A DNA stretch of 53,917 nucleotides from an uncultured Bacilli bacterium (GCA_944332215.1 CALVJP010000068.1:1-53917), one strand, 5' to 3'. Shown: positions 1 through 8,447, counted from the first letter of the stretch. Made by a program: numbers and translations. The notes: generated by a model from the letters alone, not told the origin.

Positions 1-22
1 TTTTATTATTTATATTAAAAAC

Positions 23-50
23 ATTATAAAAAAAAAAAAAAAAAAAACAA
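23..50 (-). promoter_or_regulatory. Putative sigma-A promoter whose 16-bp spacer is entirely a homopolymeric T tract (A20 on the plus strand, 28-47). It fires leftward out of the window.
   Basis: The minus strand reads ATTACCTTG-T20-ATAATG. That gives -35 TTGTTT (45-50), a 16-nt all-T spacer and -10 TATAAT (23-28). The same ATTACCTTG-Tn-TATAATG architecture recurs at 19440-19473. Confidence 0.45.
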
Positions 51-77
51 GGTAATTTTTTTCTTGAATAATTTTTC

Positions 78-107
78 AAAAAAAAGATACCTTATTTTAA
101 GGCATCT
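78..107 (-). terminator. Rho-independent terminator of the infC-rpmI-rplT operon
   Basis: The minus strand reads AGATGCC-TTAAAATAA-GGTATCT followed by T8. The hairpin overlaps the rplT stop codon. Confidence 0.7.
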
Positions 108-646
108 AATAATTCAGCTTTTTTCATCGTAGAATAACCTTCTACGCCTTTTTCTTTGGCTAATTTTTTAAGGTCAGCAACCGTTAATTTAGCCAAATCA
201 TCTTTGGTTTCAGTTTTAGTTTCTTTCTTAGCTACTGTTTTTGTTTCTTCTTTTTTCGCAGCTGTTTTTGGGGCTTCCTTAATTTCTTTACCAGCTAAAG
301 CATCTTTAGCAGTCGCTACTAATCCAGCAAAAACTTGAGGATTGTCAATTGCAATTTCTGAAAGCATTTTTCTATTGATTTCAATCCCTGCTTTTGATAA
401 GCCATTAATAAATCTTGAATAAGAAATATCATTTTGTCTACAAGCAGCATTAATTCTGGTAATCCATAACTTTCTAAAATCTCTTTTTTTCGTTCTTCTA
501 TCTCGATAAGCATACATTAATGAATGTCTTACTTGTTCTTTAGCTGTTTTATATAATTTGTGTTTACTGCCAAAATAACCTTTAGCTTCTTTTAGCGCTT
601 TTTTATGACGGGCACGAGTAATCGTCCCTCCTTTAACTCTTGTCAT
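92..646 (-). CDS. rplT: 50S ribosomal protein L20 with a C-terminal extension of about 65 aa (Lys/Thr/Glu-rich linker plus a Rho_N/SAP-like helix-extended-helix)
   Basis: The N-terminal ~118 aa ([16 protein letters not shown]...[24 protein letters not shown]) are canonical L20. An AGGAGG RBS precedes the start. The tail ends [31 protein letters not shown]. Confidence 0.92.
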   Translation of the reverse strand: MTRVKGGTITRARHKKALKEAKGYFGSKHKLYKTAKEQVRHSLMYAYRDRRTKKRDFRKLWITRINAACRQNDISYSRFINGLSKAGIEINRKMLSEIAIDNPQVFAGLVATAKDALAGKEIKEAPKTAAKKEETKTVAKKETKTETKDDLAKLTVADLKKLAKEKGVEGYSTMKKAELLDALK

Positions 647-660
647 CTATATGTCCTCCT

Positions 661-861
661 TTATTTATTAATTAATTCTTTAACCCTTTTTAAATCTGTA
701 CTGTGTAGTGCAGAATCTTGATGCCTTCTTCTTCTTGAAGCATTACTTTTATGAGTTAATTTGTGATTTTTATTAGCTGGTTGGTATTTTATAGACCCAC
801 CTTTTCTTACTTTGATAACTTTCGATAAACCTTTATGAGTTTTCTGTGTTTTCTTAGCCAT
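661..861 (-). CDS. rpmI: 50S ribosomal protein L35
   Basis: A 66-aa basic protein (MAKKTQKTHKGLSKVIKVRKGG...) lying between infC and rplT, preceded by an AGGAGG RBS. Confidence 0.9.
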   Translation of the reverse strand: MAKKTQKTHKGLSKVIKVRKGGSIKYQPANKNHKLTHKSNASRRRRHQDSALHSTDLKRVKELINK

Positions 862-873
862 AACATATTCCTC

Positions 874-1404
874 CTATTTTTCCTTAATTGGCGTAAGTAT
901 CATTGTCATAAAACGACCATCTAATTTAGGCTGTTGCTCAATTGTCGCATAGTCTTTAACCGTATCCGCAAAACGTAGTAATACATCTTTACCCAAATGA
1001 TTATGAGCCATTTCTCGCCCTTTAAAACGAATAGTTACCTTGATTTTATGTCCTTTTTGTAAATACTTAGTGGCATTATTAACACGAGTATTGAAATCAT
1101 GAACATCTATCGATACAGACAATCTATATTCTTTCATTTCAAGGTTTGCTTCTCTTTGACGTTTCATATTTTCTTTTTGTTTTTTCTTTTGGTCATATTT
1201 GTAACGGTTATAGTCCATTATTTTACAAACCGGTGGTGTTCCTTTTGGATTGATTAAAACTAAATCAAAACCTGCATATGATGCCAAAGTTAAAGCATCT
1301 TTTAAAGGCTTTATCCCTAATTGCTCACCATTTGGTCCAATTACCATTACTTCTTTTGCTCTTATTTGTTCGTTTATGTACAAATCTTTATCCCTACTTG
1401 CGAT
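874..1404 (-). CDS. infC: Translation initiation factor IF-3, with an inferred non-canonical ATC start
   Basis: INEQIRAKEVMVIGPNGEQLGIKPLKDAL plus the C-terminal domain are typical IF-3. The in-frame ATG at 1419 directly abuts the leader terminator and has no RBS. GGAGGTG lies 6 nt upstream of ATC at 1402-1404, consistent with IF-3 autoregulated non-AUG starts. Confidence 0.85.
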   Translation of the reverse strand: MASRDKDLYINEQIRAKEVMVIGPNGEQLGIKPLKDALTLASYAGFDLVLINPKGTPPVCKIMDYNRYKYDQKKKQKENMKRQREANLEMKEYRLSVSIDVHDFNTRVNNATKYLQKGHKIKVTIRFKGREMAHNHLGKDVLLRFADTVKDYATIEQQPKLDGRFMTMILTPIKEK

Positions 1405-1418
1405 ACCTGACACCTCCA

Positions 1419-1447
1419 TAAAAAAGTGAATACGAACGTATCCACTT
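1419..1447 (-). terminator. Leader (attenuator) terminator immediately upstream of infC
   Basis: The minus strand reads AGTGGATAC-GTTC-GTATTCACT followed by T6. It ends at the infC RBS. Confidence 0.65.
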
Positions 1448-1552
1448 ATGCTTCTTTAGTTATTTAACCTTTAACTTTCAGCGGCATTGACCCATTGCTA
1501 AGCGACAATCGGGTGAGAAGTGGACACTTCTTCTTTCCTTTTTTTCATTTCC
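1420..1552 (-). promoter_or_regulatory. infC-rpmI-rplT 5' leader, probably an L20-leader type attenuator
   Basis: A leader of about 130 nt lies between a consensus promoter and the terminator hairpin upstream of infC. This position and architecture match the Firmicute L20 leader. The fold itself was not verified. Confidence 0.45.
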
Positions 1553-1558
1553 TATACG

Positions 1559-1587
1559 ATTATACAGATTAATTATATGTTTGTCAA
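1559..1587 (-). promoter_or_regulatory. Sigma-A promoter of the infC operon
   Basis: The minus strand reads TTGACA - 17 nt - TATAAT, a perfect consensus. Confidence 0.75.
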
Positions 1588-1671
1588 GCAAAAAATATAC
1601 AAATTAAGAAATCTGCAAAAAAACTAATTAATTGATTGTTTTATTAAAGTAAGCTAGCTTATACTCAAATT

Positions 1672-2391
1672 TTATTTGGGGATAACTCTATCAGAACCCC
1701 ACCAATCAGGTATCAAATCTTTTAATCTAACAGTTTCCTCTGTCTTTTCATTCTTTAATATTTCAATATTTGGGTTATTCCTATCTAATTGCATCAAATA
1801 CTCCCTACAAGCACCGCATGGAGAGCCAACATTTCCACGAGAGTCAACACAAACTAGTTTGGTTATTTCATTTTCCCTATTAGTAATCATATTAGCAATG
1901 GCATTTCTTTCCCCGCACATGCCTAAAGTAGAAGCTATATCAATACATACACCAGTATAAATATTATGATTTCTAGTTAAAATCGCTGCCCCTACTCCGC
2001 CAGCACTTATCATACCAGAAACATCGCGAGGATTTATAACGTTTTTAGCTTTCACGTATAATTCTTCCCATACCGTATTCTCGCTATAAAGATATTCCAG
2101 ATGAATAGCATAAATTTTATTTGACACAATATCATCTTTAATTTGATGAATATTTTGCCTAATATTATCTGTGGAAGATATTATATATCTGGCTCCCTCC
2201 ATGAAAAATAACTCATCTAAAGAAGCATAACAATTTACTTCTTTTACTTTTGTATAAAAAATGCCCAAACTTTGACTATGAAATTCAATAACATCATTTG
2301 ATTTTAAACACCTGTAATCATCCGCGTCAGCATTTTTTGCCCATCTTATTTCAATTCTTTTTGTTTTTGATTGCCAAAGCCTCTTTATCAT
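1672..2391 (-). CDS. Fusion protein: N-terminal ASCH/PUA-like domain plus C-terminal cytidine/deoxycytidylate-type zinc deaminase
   Basis: The C-terminal half carries CGERNAI...PCGACREYL (the C-x-E and PCxxC zinc-ligand motifs of small cytidine or blasticidin-S deaminases). The N-terminal ~110 aa (IEIRWAKNADADDYRCLKSNDVIEFHS...VKEVNCYASLDELF) look like an ASCH beta-barrel. Confidence 0.6.
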   Translation of the reverse strand: MIKRLWQSKTKRIEIRWAKNADADDYRCLKSNDVIEFHSQSLGIFYTKVKEVNCYASLDELFFMEGARYIISSTDNIRQNIHQIKDDIVSNKIYAIHLEYLYSENTVWEELYVKAKNVINPRDVSGMISAGGVGAAILTRNHNIYTGVCIDIASTLGMCGERNAIANMITNRENEITKLVCVDSRGNVGSPCGACREYLMQLDRNNPNIEILKNEKTEETVRLKDLIPDWWGSDRVIPK

Positions 2392-2608
2392 CTATACTTA
2401 ATTTTATTTTCATATCGCACTTCCTTTATATAAAATATTGTTGATAATGCTAAATTAAGTACATAAGATTTAAAATATATTATTTCAAAACCATAAATTT
2501 TAGAGTTGTGACTAATTTAACATTATTTTTTCTTTGTAAATATCGTATAATCACCCTCCTTTTCTCGGGTATTTACAGCAACAATATATCATAATTGTAA
2601 ACCTTATT

Positions 2609-3073
2609 TTATAACAAAGATAAATCAAATTTGTATAGTTTTTCAGTTTCATTTATATTGGCTATCCACTGAGCCCCAAACTTTTCATAATAATTTGTTA
2701 ATGTAGTTTTCAAATAAAGAACCTTAAATTTTCTTTTCAAAGCCTCACATATAAAAGCATCATTTAAGTATTTTGAATAGCCTCTACCTCTATATGCTTT
2801 TTTTACATACATAGTGGCATACCATGGGGTCAAATTTGGATATTCGGCACAATCGTGAGGGAAAAGCGAAATAAAACCAATTAATTCATTATCAGCCAGC
2901 AAAATTAATTTGCAAAAATCATTTCGAGATAAATTTTTTTTGACCTTTTCAATTTTCGCGGTAATTCTACTTTCTCGATCAATTTCCTTATCTTGAGCCC
3001 ACTCATCATGCTCTAGTGTAATAACTTCTCTTAAGAATTCCATTTTATCAACAACATTATATATGTTTAACAT
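2609..3073 (-). CDS. GNAT-family N-acetyltransferase
   Basis: The acetyl-CoA binding segment is YVKKAYRGRGYSKYLNDAFICEA (R/Q-x-x-G-x-G/A type). Length is about 155 aa. The start is taken at the ATG (MLNIYN), not the upstream GTG. Confidence 0.6.
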   Translation of the reverse strand: MLNIYNVVDKMEFLREVITLEHDEWAQDKEIDRESRITAKIEKVKKNLSRNDFCKLILLADNELIGFISLFPHDCAEYPNLTPWYATMYVKKAYRGRGYSKYLNDAFICEALKRKFKVLYLKTTLTNYYEKFGAQWIANINETEKLYKFDLSLL

Positions 3074-3313
3074 AAAACACACTCTTTTCTATAATGTCTT
3101 TTTTTTAGACAGCTAATACAAAAATAGCATGCCGGCGACTTAGAAAGTAACATTCTCCATAAACTTACTTTTTTCGCCGAAGTGTCAATCAATGTAAATA
3201 GACTCATTATAGTCTTTATTAAGACTTTCCTCCTCAAATAATAACTTATCATCTACCTTGATTTTTTCAAAACCTTTTGCAGAAAATATATTATTTAATT
3301 TACTTTTTTTATC

Positions 3314-4366
3314 TTAAGCTTTTTTCTTTTTCGTTAACAAAAGAATAATAACTACAGCCACAACAATTAAAATGGCACCTATTATAGAGATAACCAGCGG
3401 ATAATTTAATGAGGTTATTGGCACAGCTATTTTACCTATGGCCTTAACATTCAAGAAAAATAGCTTTTCAGTTTCAAATTCGTCAGTATATGGTGTTGAC
3501 AAAATTAAATTTGAATATTGGTCATCCAATGTTATATCCATTTTATTAGATGAAAATATCAAGTTTTGATCAATACTTTTATATAAATAAAATTTATCAA
3601 CCACATTTTGCACTTTTATTTTAAACCTAATACTACTGCTATCTATATCATTAGCCGGGATTTTTATTTGAAATTCTTCACCTATATTCAATTCCGTTTT
3701 TTTCTTTCCATTTTTATCAACCACAAAGACACTATCTGGAGCTTTAACAAATTCAATTTTAAACGTCTTAGCAGTTCCCGTATTAACTTTCAAAAATTCT
3801 GATTCATAGTAACGCCCATCTTGTGATAAAGTTAAAGATGTATTATTATTTTCTAAAAAAATTTCTTCTACATAATTAGCTTGATATTCTTTGGCTTCTT
3901 GTACCAATTCATTAATTTTATTAAAAAATTCTATATTATCTGGATCATTAGCCATTTCTTTATAACCGTTCAAAAAATCGGTATAATCACGTTTTAAACC
4001 TTCATCATTACTTTGATTTATATATCCCTCATCAATTAAATATAAAAGTATAGCATACTGCGTAATATTCCAATCGACCAAATCTACACTGGTTATTGCT
4101 TTGTTGGGGTAACCATTAGCTAAAATATAACTTAAACCTGGATCAAGTTCAGCTTTACAGGATAAAGTAAATTCCCCCATAGGAAGATGCCATATAATAT
4201 AACTGTAAATATCGGCTCCATACAAAATAGTTTTATTAACATCCATTAGTAGCTCATTATCCATGCTCAATGTATCACTATAATTAATAGAATCCGGCCT
4301 TGTTGCCGCTTGAACATTTATCAGTGGAACAAATAAAATTATAAATATAACCAAAGCTCTTCTCAT
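3314..4366 (-). CDS. Secreted protein with a C-terminal membrane anchor and a possible thioester-like (TQXA-type) domain
   Basis: The signal peptide is MRRALVIFIILFVPLINVQA. A C-terminal TM segment is followed by KKKKA. SCKAELDPG...GYP...NITQYAILLY resembles the Cys and Gln motifs of thioester domains. No LPXTG motif is present. Confidence 0.4.
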   Translation of the reverse strand: MRRALVIFIILFVPLINVQAATRPDSINYSDTLSMDNELLMDVNKTILYGADIYSYIIWHLPMGEFTLSCKAELDPGLSYILANGYPNKAITSVDLVDWNITQYAILLYLIDEGYINQSNDEGLKRDYTDFLNGYKEMANDPDNIEFFNKINELVQEAKEYQANYVEEIFLENNNTSLTLSQDGRYYESEFLKVNTGTAKTFKIEFVKAPDSVFVVDKNGKKKTELNIGEEFQIKIPANDIDSSSIRFKIKVQNVVDKFYLYKSIDQNLIFSSNKMDITLDDQYSNLILSTPYTDEFETEKLFFLNVKAIGKIAVPITSLNYPLVISIIGAILIVVAVVIILLLTKKKKA

Positions 4367-4461
4367 CCTTAAAATCCCTCCTACTTTAAATTAATTTTAT
4401 CAAAAAAGTAGTCCTTTTTGGGAAGATTTGTAAATATTTTCCACTATCTTTACATCTTTTT

Positions 4462-4486
4462 ACAAAAAAAGCCTTAAATAGGCTTT
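4462..4486 (-). terminator. Rho-independent terminator
   Basis: The minus strand reads AAAGCC-TATTTAA-GGCTTT followed by T7. The hairpin overlaps the stop of the 4485-5444 gene. Confidence 0.6.
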
Positions 4487-5444
4487 ATTTTTTCGGAATA
4501 CTGTTATAAATTTTTCTAAGTAATTCAGCTGATTGTCTAACTTTTTTCTCCATCACTTTAATTTGCTCTTTTAAAGTAATGTTTTCATTATTCAACAACT
4601 GAGATTCCTCTTGAGCTTTATTTAAAGCATTAACACTTTCTAAATTGCGGCGTTTAAGTTCGTCAGCTTCATCTTTCAGTTTTGAAATTTCTTGCTCTAA
4701 TTTGTTTTTTTCAATTTGAGCTTTTTCTAAATCCTCTTGGGCTTTATTTAAACGTTCCTGCGTTTTAGAATATTCATCGACAAAACCAGATACCGCATTA
4801 CTAATATCATCAAATTCATCATCTAAAGTTATATCGGTGGCTACTAAATCATCAAGCTTTTCCTCTGGCAAATTCTCTTCCGCTGGTGATTCTTCCTCAA
4901 TAACTTCCGGTTCAATTTTTTCCTCACCAGTTTCTTTCTCGTCTTGAGCTGGAATATTAAGTTCTTCCATTACATTAGATAAATCTTCAATTTCATCCAA
5001 TAAGCTTTCCGCCTCTTTTGAAGTTAAATTTACCATTTCATCGACAAAATCAGTAGTTTCCGATTCCGCAGTGTCCTCTTTAAACGTATCAATGTATTTA
5101 CCATAAATATTAAGTTCCGTTATTTTACTCATAATATCTTCAATACTTACAGCATATTTATTCATCAAATTACGGATATTTTTATCTTTAGAATACGCCG
5201 CAAAAAAGTCTAAATCATCAGGTATCAATATATTAGCTCGAAAAATTTGTTTTTCTTCTTTTCCTTGCTCCCCTTCACTAAAAGCAATTTCCATACTGTC
5301 GATAACTGATTCGATAAATTCTTCCTTTTCTCTAACGGCATCTTCCATTGTCTCTTTTTCAAATGCCTTAAATAATTTTTCGTTTTCTTTTCTAATATCT
5401 TTAGCTAAGTTTTTAATAGCTAAAAACCTATTTCTTTCTAACAT
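4485..5444 (-). CDS. Hypothetical acidic coiled-coil protein
   Basis: A 319-aa ORF with an RBS. It is very Glu/Asp-rich, with a C-terminal heptad-like region (LNKAQEDLEKAQIEKNKLEQEISKLKDEADELKRRN). No recognisable family. Confidence 0.5.
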   Translation of the reverse strand: MLERNRFLAIKNLAKDIRKENEKLFKAFEKETMEDAVREKEEFIESVIDSMEIAFSEGEQGKEEKQIFRANILIPDDLDFFAAYSKDKNIRNLMNKYAVSIEDIMSKITELNIYGKYIDTFKEDTAESETTDFVDEMVNLTSKEAESLLDEIEDLSNVMEELNIPAQDEKETGEEKIEPEVIEEESPAEENLPEEKLDDLVATDITLDDEFDDISNAVSGFVDEYSKTQERLNKAQEDLEKAQIEKNKLEQEISKLKDEADELKRRNLESVNALNKAQEESQLLNNENITLKEQIKVMEKKVRQSAELLRKIYNSIPKK

Positions 5445-5474
5445 ATTTCCACCTCTTTTTATTCCTTTATATTA

Positions 5475-6032
5475 TTAAGCTCTGGAATCGTATTTGCCAT
5501 CTTTTGTAGAAACAACAATAGTCTCATCTTGATTAATAAATAATGGCACTTTAACAGTTAAGCCATTTTCTAATACAGCATCTTTCGTCGCATTGGTTGC
5601 TGTATTACCTTTAACTGCTGGCTCTGTTGAAGTCACAACATATGAAATTTTCTCTGGCAAAATAATGCCTAATACTTCCCCCTCATAAAATGAAATATCG
5701 ACATTAATGCCTTCTTTTAAATATTTGGCATCTTCACCTAATTGATCCTTCGACAATTCAATTTGTTCATACGTTTCCATATTCATAAAATTATAACTGC
5801 CGCTATTTTCATATAAAAATTGCATTGACATTTTTTGAATATTAGCTTTTTCCAACTTAATATTCGTATTAAAAGTATGTTCAACAGTTGCCCCAGTTCT
5901 TAAGTTTTTAAGCTTAGTTCTTACAAAAGCAGGGCCTTTTCCCGGTTTAACGTGTAAAAATTCAATTATTTGACAGACATTACCATCAACAATAACCGTC
6001 ATTCCATTTTTAATATCGTTAATATTAATCAT
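5475..6032 (-). CDS. efp: Elongation factor P
   Basis: 185 aa. The motif VKPGKGPAFVRTKLKNLRTG is the canonical EF-P loop. Confidence 0.93.
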   Translation of the reverse strand: MININDIKNGMTVIVDGNVCQIIEFLHVKPGKGPAFVRTKLKNLRTGATVEHTFNTNIKLEKANIQKMSMQFLYENSGSYNFMNMETYEQIELSKDQLGEDAKYLKEGINVDISFYEGEVLGIILPEKISYVVTSTEPAVKGNTATNATKDAVLENGLTVKVPLFINQDETIVVSTKDGKYDSRA

Positions 6033-6049
6033 AATTTCCTCCTAGTCGC

Positions 6050-6217
6050 CTATTTCTTTTCCTTATGTAACGTTGTCTTTTGACATTTTGGACAATATTT
6101 CTTTAATTCTAAACGTTCTGGAGTATTTCTTTTATTTTTCTCAGTACGATAACTTTCATTTTTACACACGGTACAAACAAGTGTTGTATTTTCTCTTGCT
6201 TCGCCTTTTTTTGCCAT
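6050..6217 (-). CDS. rpmG: 50S ribosomal protein L33 (too short for the supplied ORF track)
   Basis: Hand translation gives [55 protein letters not shown] (55 aa). It has the CxxC...CxxC zinc ribbon, and AGGAGGGA lies upstream. Confidence 0.85.
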   Translation of the reverse strand: MAKKGEARENTTLVCTVCKNESYRTEKNKRNTPERLELKKYCPKCQKTTLHKEKK

Positions 6218-6259
6218 AATATCCCTCCTTTTTTACATGTCTATTTACATTATAACAAA

Positions 6260-8383
6260 TTATTGATAAATTTCAAAGTATTTTTTTGAAATTGCTTGGG
6301 CTAAACGCTTATTTACCGATGACTGATAAGAAGTGCGCCCATCGTTTCTTGACACATCAGGTGAAATAATTGTAAAGGTTACCTCTGGATCATCGTAAGG
6401 CGCATAAGCCACAAACGTCGTCGTAATCGTCTCTTTATCAACCACGCCATCATCATCGGTATCAATAAAACTTTGACTAGTTCCCGTTTTACCAGCCGGT
6501 TTATATTCCATATTAATATAACCAGCGCCTGTTCCATACCTTAATACGGCTTCAAACCCTTGATGAACCCGGTCCATATATTCGGCTTTTGTATCGACCT
6601 TGCCTAATTCAGTTGGGGGGGTAGTCGAAGCTAAATGATTTTTAGCTGAGCTATCATATAAACCTTTATATAAAAATGGCTGCATGCGTTTTCCACCCGT
6701 GGCAATAGTTCCAATATACTGGGCCAACTGAATTGGTGTATAGGTATCATACTGTCCAATAGAAAAATCGAGCAAATAACCAGAAGTTGTTTTCGAGCCT
6801 TTATATCCTAAACTTTCAACAGGCAAATCTATTCCCGTTTTAACTCCTAAACCAAATTGTTCAAAAGTAGTGCGGTAAATATCAAAAGCTTCTTTATCAA
6901 CAGATAATGGCTGATTATATTTATAAGTACCATGGCCCACTTTAATCGCTGTATAAAATTGATAAGTATTCGATGAATATGCCAAAGCTCCAATATCGTT
7001 TAAACGGCCTAATTGCTTCCAAGAACATTTTTCTGGGGTCGCCGCAATTTTGATGCATGTATCTTGTCGATATTCCCCAATTTTAAGGGCCCCTGTATTA
7101 TAACCGACAATTTGACTAGCCCCCTTTACGGCGGAGCCCATAACTACTGGTGAAGTCAAGATACCCGGTGTATAATCATAAACTACTTGCTGGCCCTCCT
7201 CTTCTTTAACCTGTTTACCCGCCATAGCTAAGATTTCCCCCGTTTGTGGATCCGTGATAATAACAAAAGAACGATTATAATATTCTGTATTAGCCTCTCT
7301 TTTGGTTTTTAACACTTCCTCTGTTAATATCTCTTCAACCGCTTTTTGTAATTCAATATCGATCGTTAATACAATATCATTACCACGGGATCCTTCCTCT
7401 ATTAATTTATATGATCCATCATTCATAACTTGATACTTATTTTTTTTTCCTTTGAGTAAATCTTCATATTGATATTCTAAATAACTAATACCTACACGAT
7501 CATTTAAACTATACCCATTTTCTAAATAATGGTCTTTAAGTTCTAGGGGAATCCCCGTTTTAGAAGTTGAAACTGTTCCTAAAATGGTTTTAAAAACATC
7601 ACCATATGGATAAACTCGATTCCAATCCAGTTTTACATTTACCCCGCTAAGTTCACTGATATTTTCCGCCACCAAAGCATACTCTTCATCTGTAACATCA
7701 GTATCTTTGATAATTTTTTCGGCATAAGAATAACCCGTATTCATTAAAGTATAAATATAAGCCGCTTTCTTATCATTTTCCGTATAAACACCTAATTCTT
7801 CGGCCGTAATACGCTCTAGTTTCATGGTTTCGATTTCCTCAGTCGTTAATTTTCTTTGCTCAAGTTTATCCCACTCTTCTTCCGTAATTTTCTCTTTACC
7901 CTTTTCTTTATTGTTTTTTAGCCAAAAGACTCTTAAATCATGATTTGTTAATCTACTATAATCAAGATTAATCATGGAAGCCAATTTATAAGCAATTTTC
8001 ATTTCATCTTTCGTCGTTATATTTTTGGGCTTTTGATAATAAATAACTTTATTTGCTTTATTATCAACTACTAAACGACCATGCCGATCATACATTCGGC
8101 CCCGTGGGGCACTGGGACCTTCAACTATTTTTTGGGTTAAAGTTTCCATTTCTGCTTTATAATGCTCATTTTGCACCACTTGTACAAAAAATAATCCCCC
8201 CATTAAAATAACAATAAAGGTGACGACTAAAGCCGTTAAAATATTATATCTTTTTTCAATTTCTTGTTTTATATCTTTATTGACCTTATAACCCGATGAA
8301 TATTGTAAAGGCTTTCTTCTTTTGAGCAAAGGGCCTTTAATCATTGGTTTAATCGGCTTTTCTTTTTTTACCTTTCTTCGCAT
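6260..8383 (-). CDS. Class B penicillin-binding protein (transpeptidase, PBP2/SpoVD-like)
   Basis: There is an N-terminal TM anchor. The transpeptidase motifs are SAVK (SxxK), SSN and KTGTS. Confidence 0.85.
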   Translation of the reverse strand: MRRKVKKEKPIKPMIKGPLLKRRKPLQYSSGYKVNKDIKQEIEKRYNILTALVVTFIVILMGGLFFVQVVQNEHYKAEMETLTQKIVEGPSAPRGRMYDRHGRLVVDNKANKVIYYQKPKNITTKDEMKIAYKLASMINLDYSRLTNHDLRVFWLKNNKEKGKEKITEEEWDKLEQRKLTTEEIETMKLERITAEELGVYTENDKKAAYIYTLMNTGYSYAEKIIKDTDVTDEEYALVAENISELSGVNVKLDWNRVYPYGDVFKTILGTVSTSKTGIPLELKDHYLENGYSLNDRVGISYLEYQYEDLLKGKKNKYQVMNDGSYKLIEEGSRGNDIVLTIDIELQKAVEEILTEEVLKTKREANTEYYNRSFVIITDPQTGEILAMAGKQVKEEEGQQVVYDYTPGILTSPVVMGSAVKGASQIVGYNTGALKIGEYRQDTCIKIAATPEKCSWKQLGRLNDIGALAYSSNTYQFYTAIKVGHGTYKYNQPLSVDKEAFDIYRTTFEQFGLGVKTGIDLPVESLGYKGSKTTSGYLLDFSIGQYDTYTPIQLAQYIGTIATGGKRMQPFLYKGLYDSSAKNHLASTTPPTELGKVDTKAEYMDRVHQGFEAVLRYGTGAGYINMEYKPAGKTGTSQSFIDTDDDGVVDKETITTTFVAYAPYDDPEVTFTIISPDVSRNDGRTSYQSSVNKRLAQAISKKYFEIYQ

Positions 8384-8447
8384 TATCGCACCTCATTTTT
8401 AATAACTTATTTGACTTATTTACATATATTTATATAAAGGGGGAATT

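Noticed and set aside
28-47. The A20 run at the very start of the window as a contig-end or poly-A artefact.
   Set aside because: The same flanking sequence (CAAGGTAAT on one side and a TATAAT complement on the other) recurs around the internal A15 run at 19450-19464. The tract therefore appears to be a genuine genomic feature, although its exact length needs read-level confirmation.
156-338. A plus-strand 60-aa ORF inside rplT. The same applies to the similar opposite-strand ORFs at 1676-1960, 3608-3802, 9081-9266, 13991-14173, 21109-21300, 21691-21882, 26178-26372, 26521-26724, 26819-27058, 27746-27979, 36647-36889, 39571-39798, 41644-41856, 44015-44368, 48370-48849, 49095-49334 and 53410-53673.
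   Set aside because: Each lies entirely antisense within a well-supported conserved gene. They have low-complexity or hydrophobic translations typical of shadow frames in AT-rich DNA, and they lack an RBS.
4485-5444. The acidic coiled-coil protein downstream of efp as a DivIVA/EzrA-like division protein.
   Set aside because: Only generic coiled-coil and acidic composition can be seen. There is no family-specific motif, so it is left as hypothetical.
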